DNA of 48,506 nucleotides from a virus. The stretch is from the UHGV virus genome UHGV-0991693. One strand, written 5' to 3'. The number at the start of each line of letters is the position of its first letter. Positions within the stretch are counted from its first letter, which is position 1. The notes under the pieces are model-generated. The model saw nothing but the letters and a program-made list of their open reading frames with translations. It had not been told where the DNA came from and made no database searches. The translations under genes were made by a program, and so were the position numbers. This document shows positions 47,994-48,506 of this stretch, in pieces.

Positions 47994-48506
47994 ATGGCTA
48001 CCTACATCAAATTTCTGGCAGGGGACTACGGGAAAGAAGAATATATTTACATTAAAAATAAAAACCAGTTGCGTTGCTCTTCAAAAATGTTTGGAGCAAA
48101 GGAACTTTTTCTTTCCAGTATTGCCTCTTGCGAAGTAGCCAATGAAGAATCGGTCAAAAAGCTCGGCGGAACTTTGGGAGGCGCACTTGTCGGCGGCGTC
48201 TTGCTTGGAGGCATCGGAGCGGTTGCGGGTGCGGTAGCTGGAGGCAAGACGACTGAGTCTACCGTCATTATTGAGTTCAAAAATGGAAATAAGGCATTGG
48301 CAAAGGTGAATAGCCCCATGATGGAGGTTATCCGCGCACACCTTTTTGATGAACAATTGGCCCAAGAGCGTGGAAAACCAACCCCATTTGCACAGCAAAA
48401 CAAAAAAAAGCCAAGCAAAGCAAAAAAATTACTGGTTCTATTCGTTTGCTTGGTAGTTGCAGGGGCATGGCTCAACTCAAGGCACCCAGAAGGAATCGCG
48501 CCCCAA
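47994..48506 (+). CDS. 5' part of a membrane protein gene running off the window end (low GC ~42%); probably continuous with 1..480
   Basis: ATG preceded by AAGGGGG. Translation is MATYIKFLAGDYGKEEYIYIKNKNQLRCSSKMFGAKELFLSSIASCEVANEESVKKLGGTLGGALVGGVLLGGIGAVAGAVAGG...LLVLFVCLVVAGAWL, with a glycine-zipper TM and a second TM. There is no stop before the window end. A TATAAT -10 lies at 47974. Confidence 0.5.
   Translation, partial: MATYIKFLAGDYGKEEYIYIKNKNQLRCSSKMFGAKELFLSSIASCEVANEESVKKLGGTLGGALVGGVLLGGIGAVAGAVAGGKTTESTVIIEFKNGNKALAKVNSPMMEVIRAHLFDEQLAQERGKPTPFAQQNKKKPSKAKKLLVLFVCLVVAGAWLNSRHPEGIAPQ

Overview
The window reads as one ~48.5 kb temperate tailed-phage (myovirus-type) genome with a high-GC backbone (~62% GC), probably circularly permuted. 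The evidence for permutation is gene order plus an open reading frame that stays in frame across the window ends. The organisation is lambda-like, read along the window: a divergent cI/cro immunity switch near 20.0-20.9 kb; a plus-strand early-left operon (21.5-32.4 kb) carrying an ERF-type recombinase, SSB, many small Cys-rich proteins, a PAPS-reductase-like PP-loop protein, two Lar-like restriction-alleviation proteins, a candidate excisionase and a tyrosine integrase next to a candidate attP; and minus-strand early-right genes (cro, a CII-like protein, a replisome-organizer replication protein, DnaB, RusA). These are followed by Mu-like late functions: two Mor/C-family activators, a lysis cassette, TerS/TerL, portal, a MuF-like protein, an Mu I-like protease/scaffold, the major head protein, and after the wrap the head-tail joining genes, sheath, tube, frameshifted tail chaperones, tape measure, baseplate, fibers and a fiber assembly protein. 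Four copies of a 17-bp motif sit just upstream of the four late operons. Lower-GC moron cargo includes an ADP-ribosyltransferase gene immediately downstream of and overlapping the MuF gene, an HsdR-N/PD-(D/E)xK nuclease-domain protein, two Bro-N antirepressors, a membrane protein spanning the window junction, and a 28-codon hydrophobic peptide gene.
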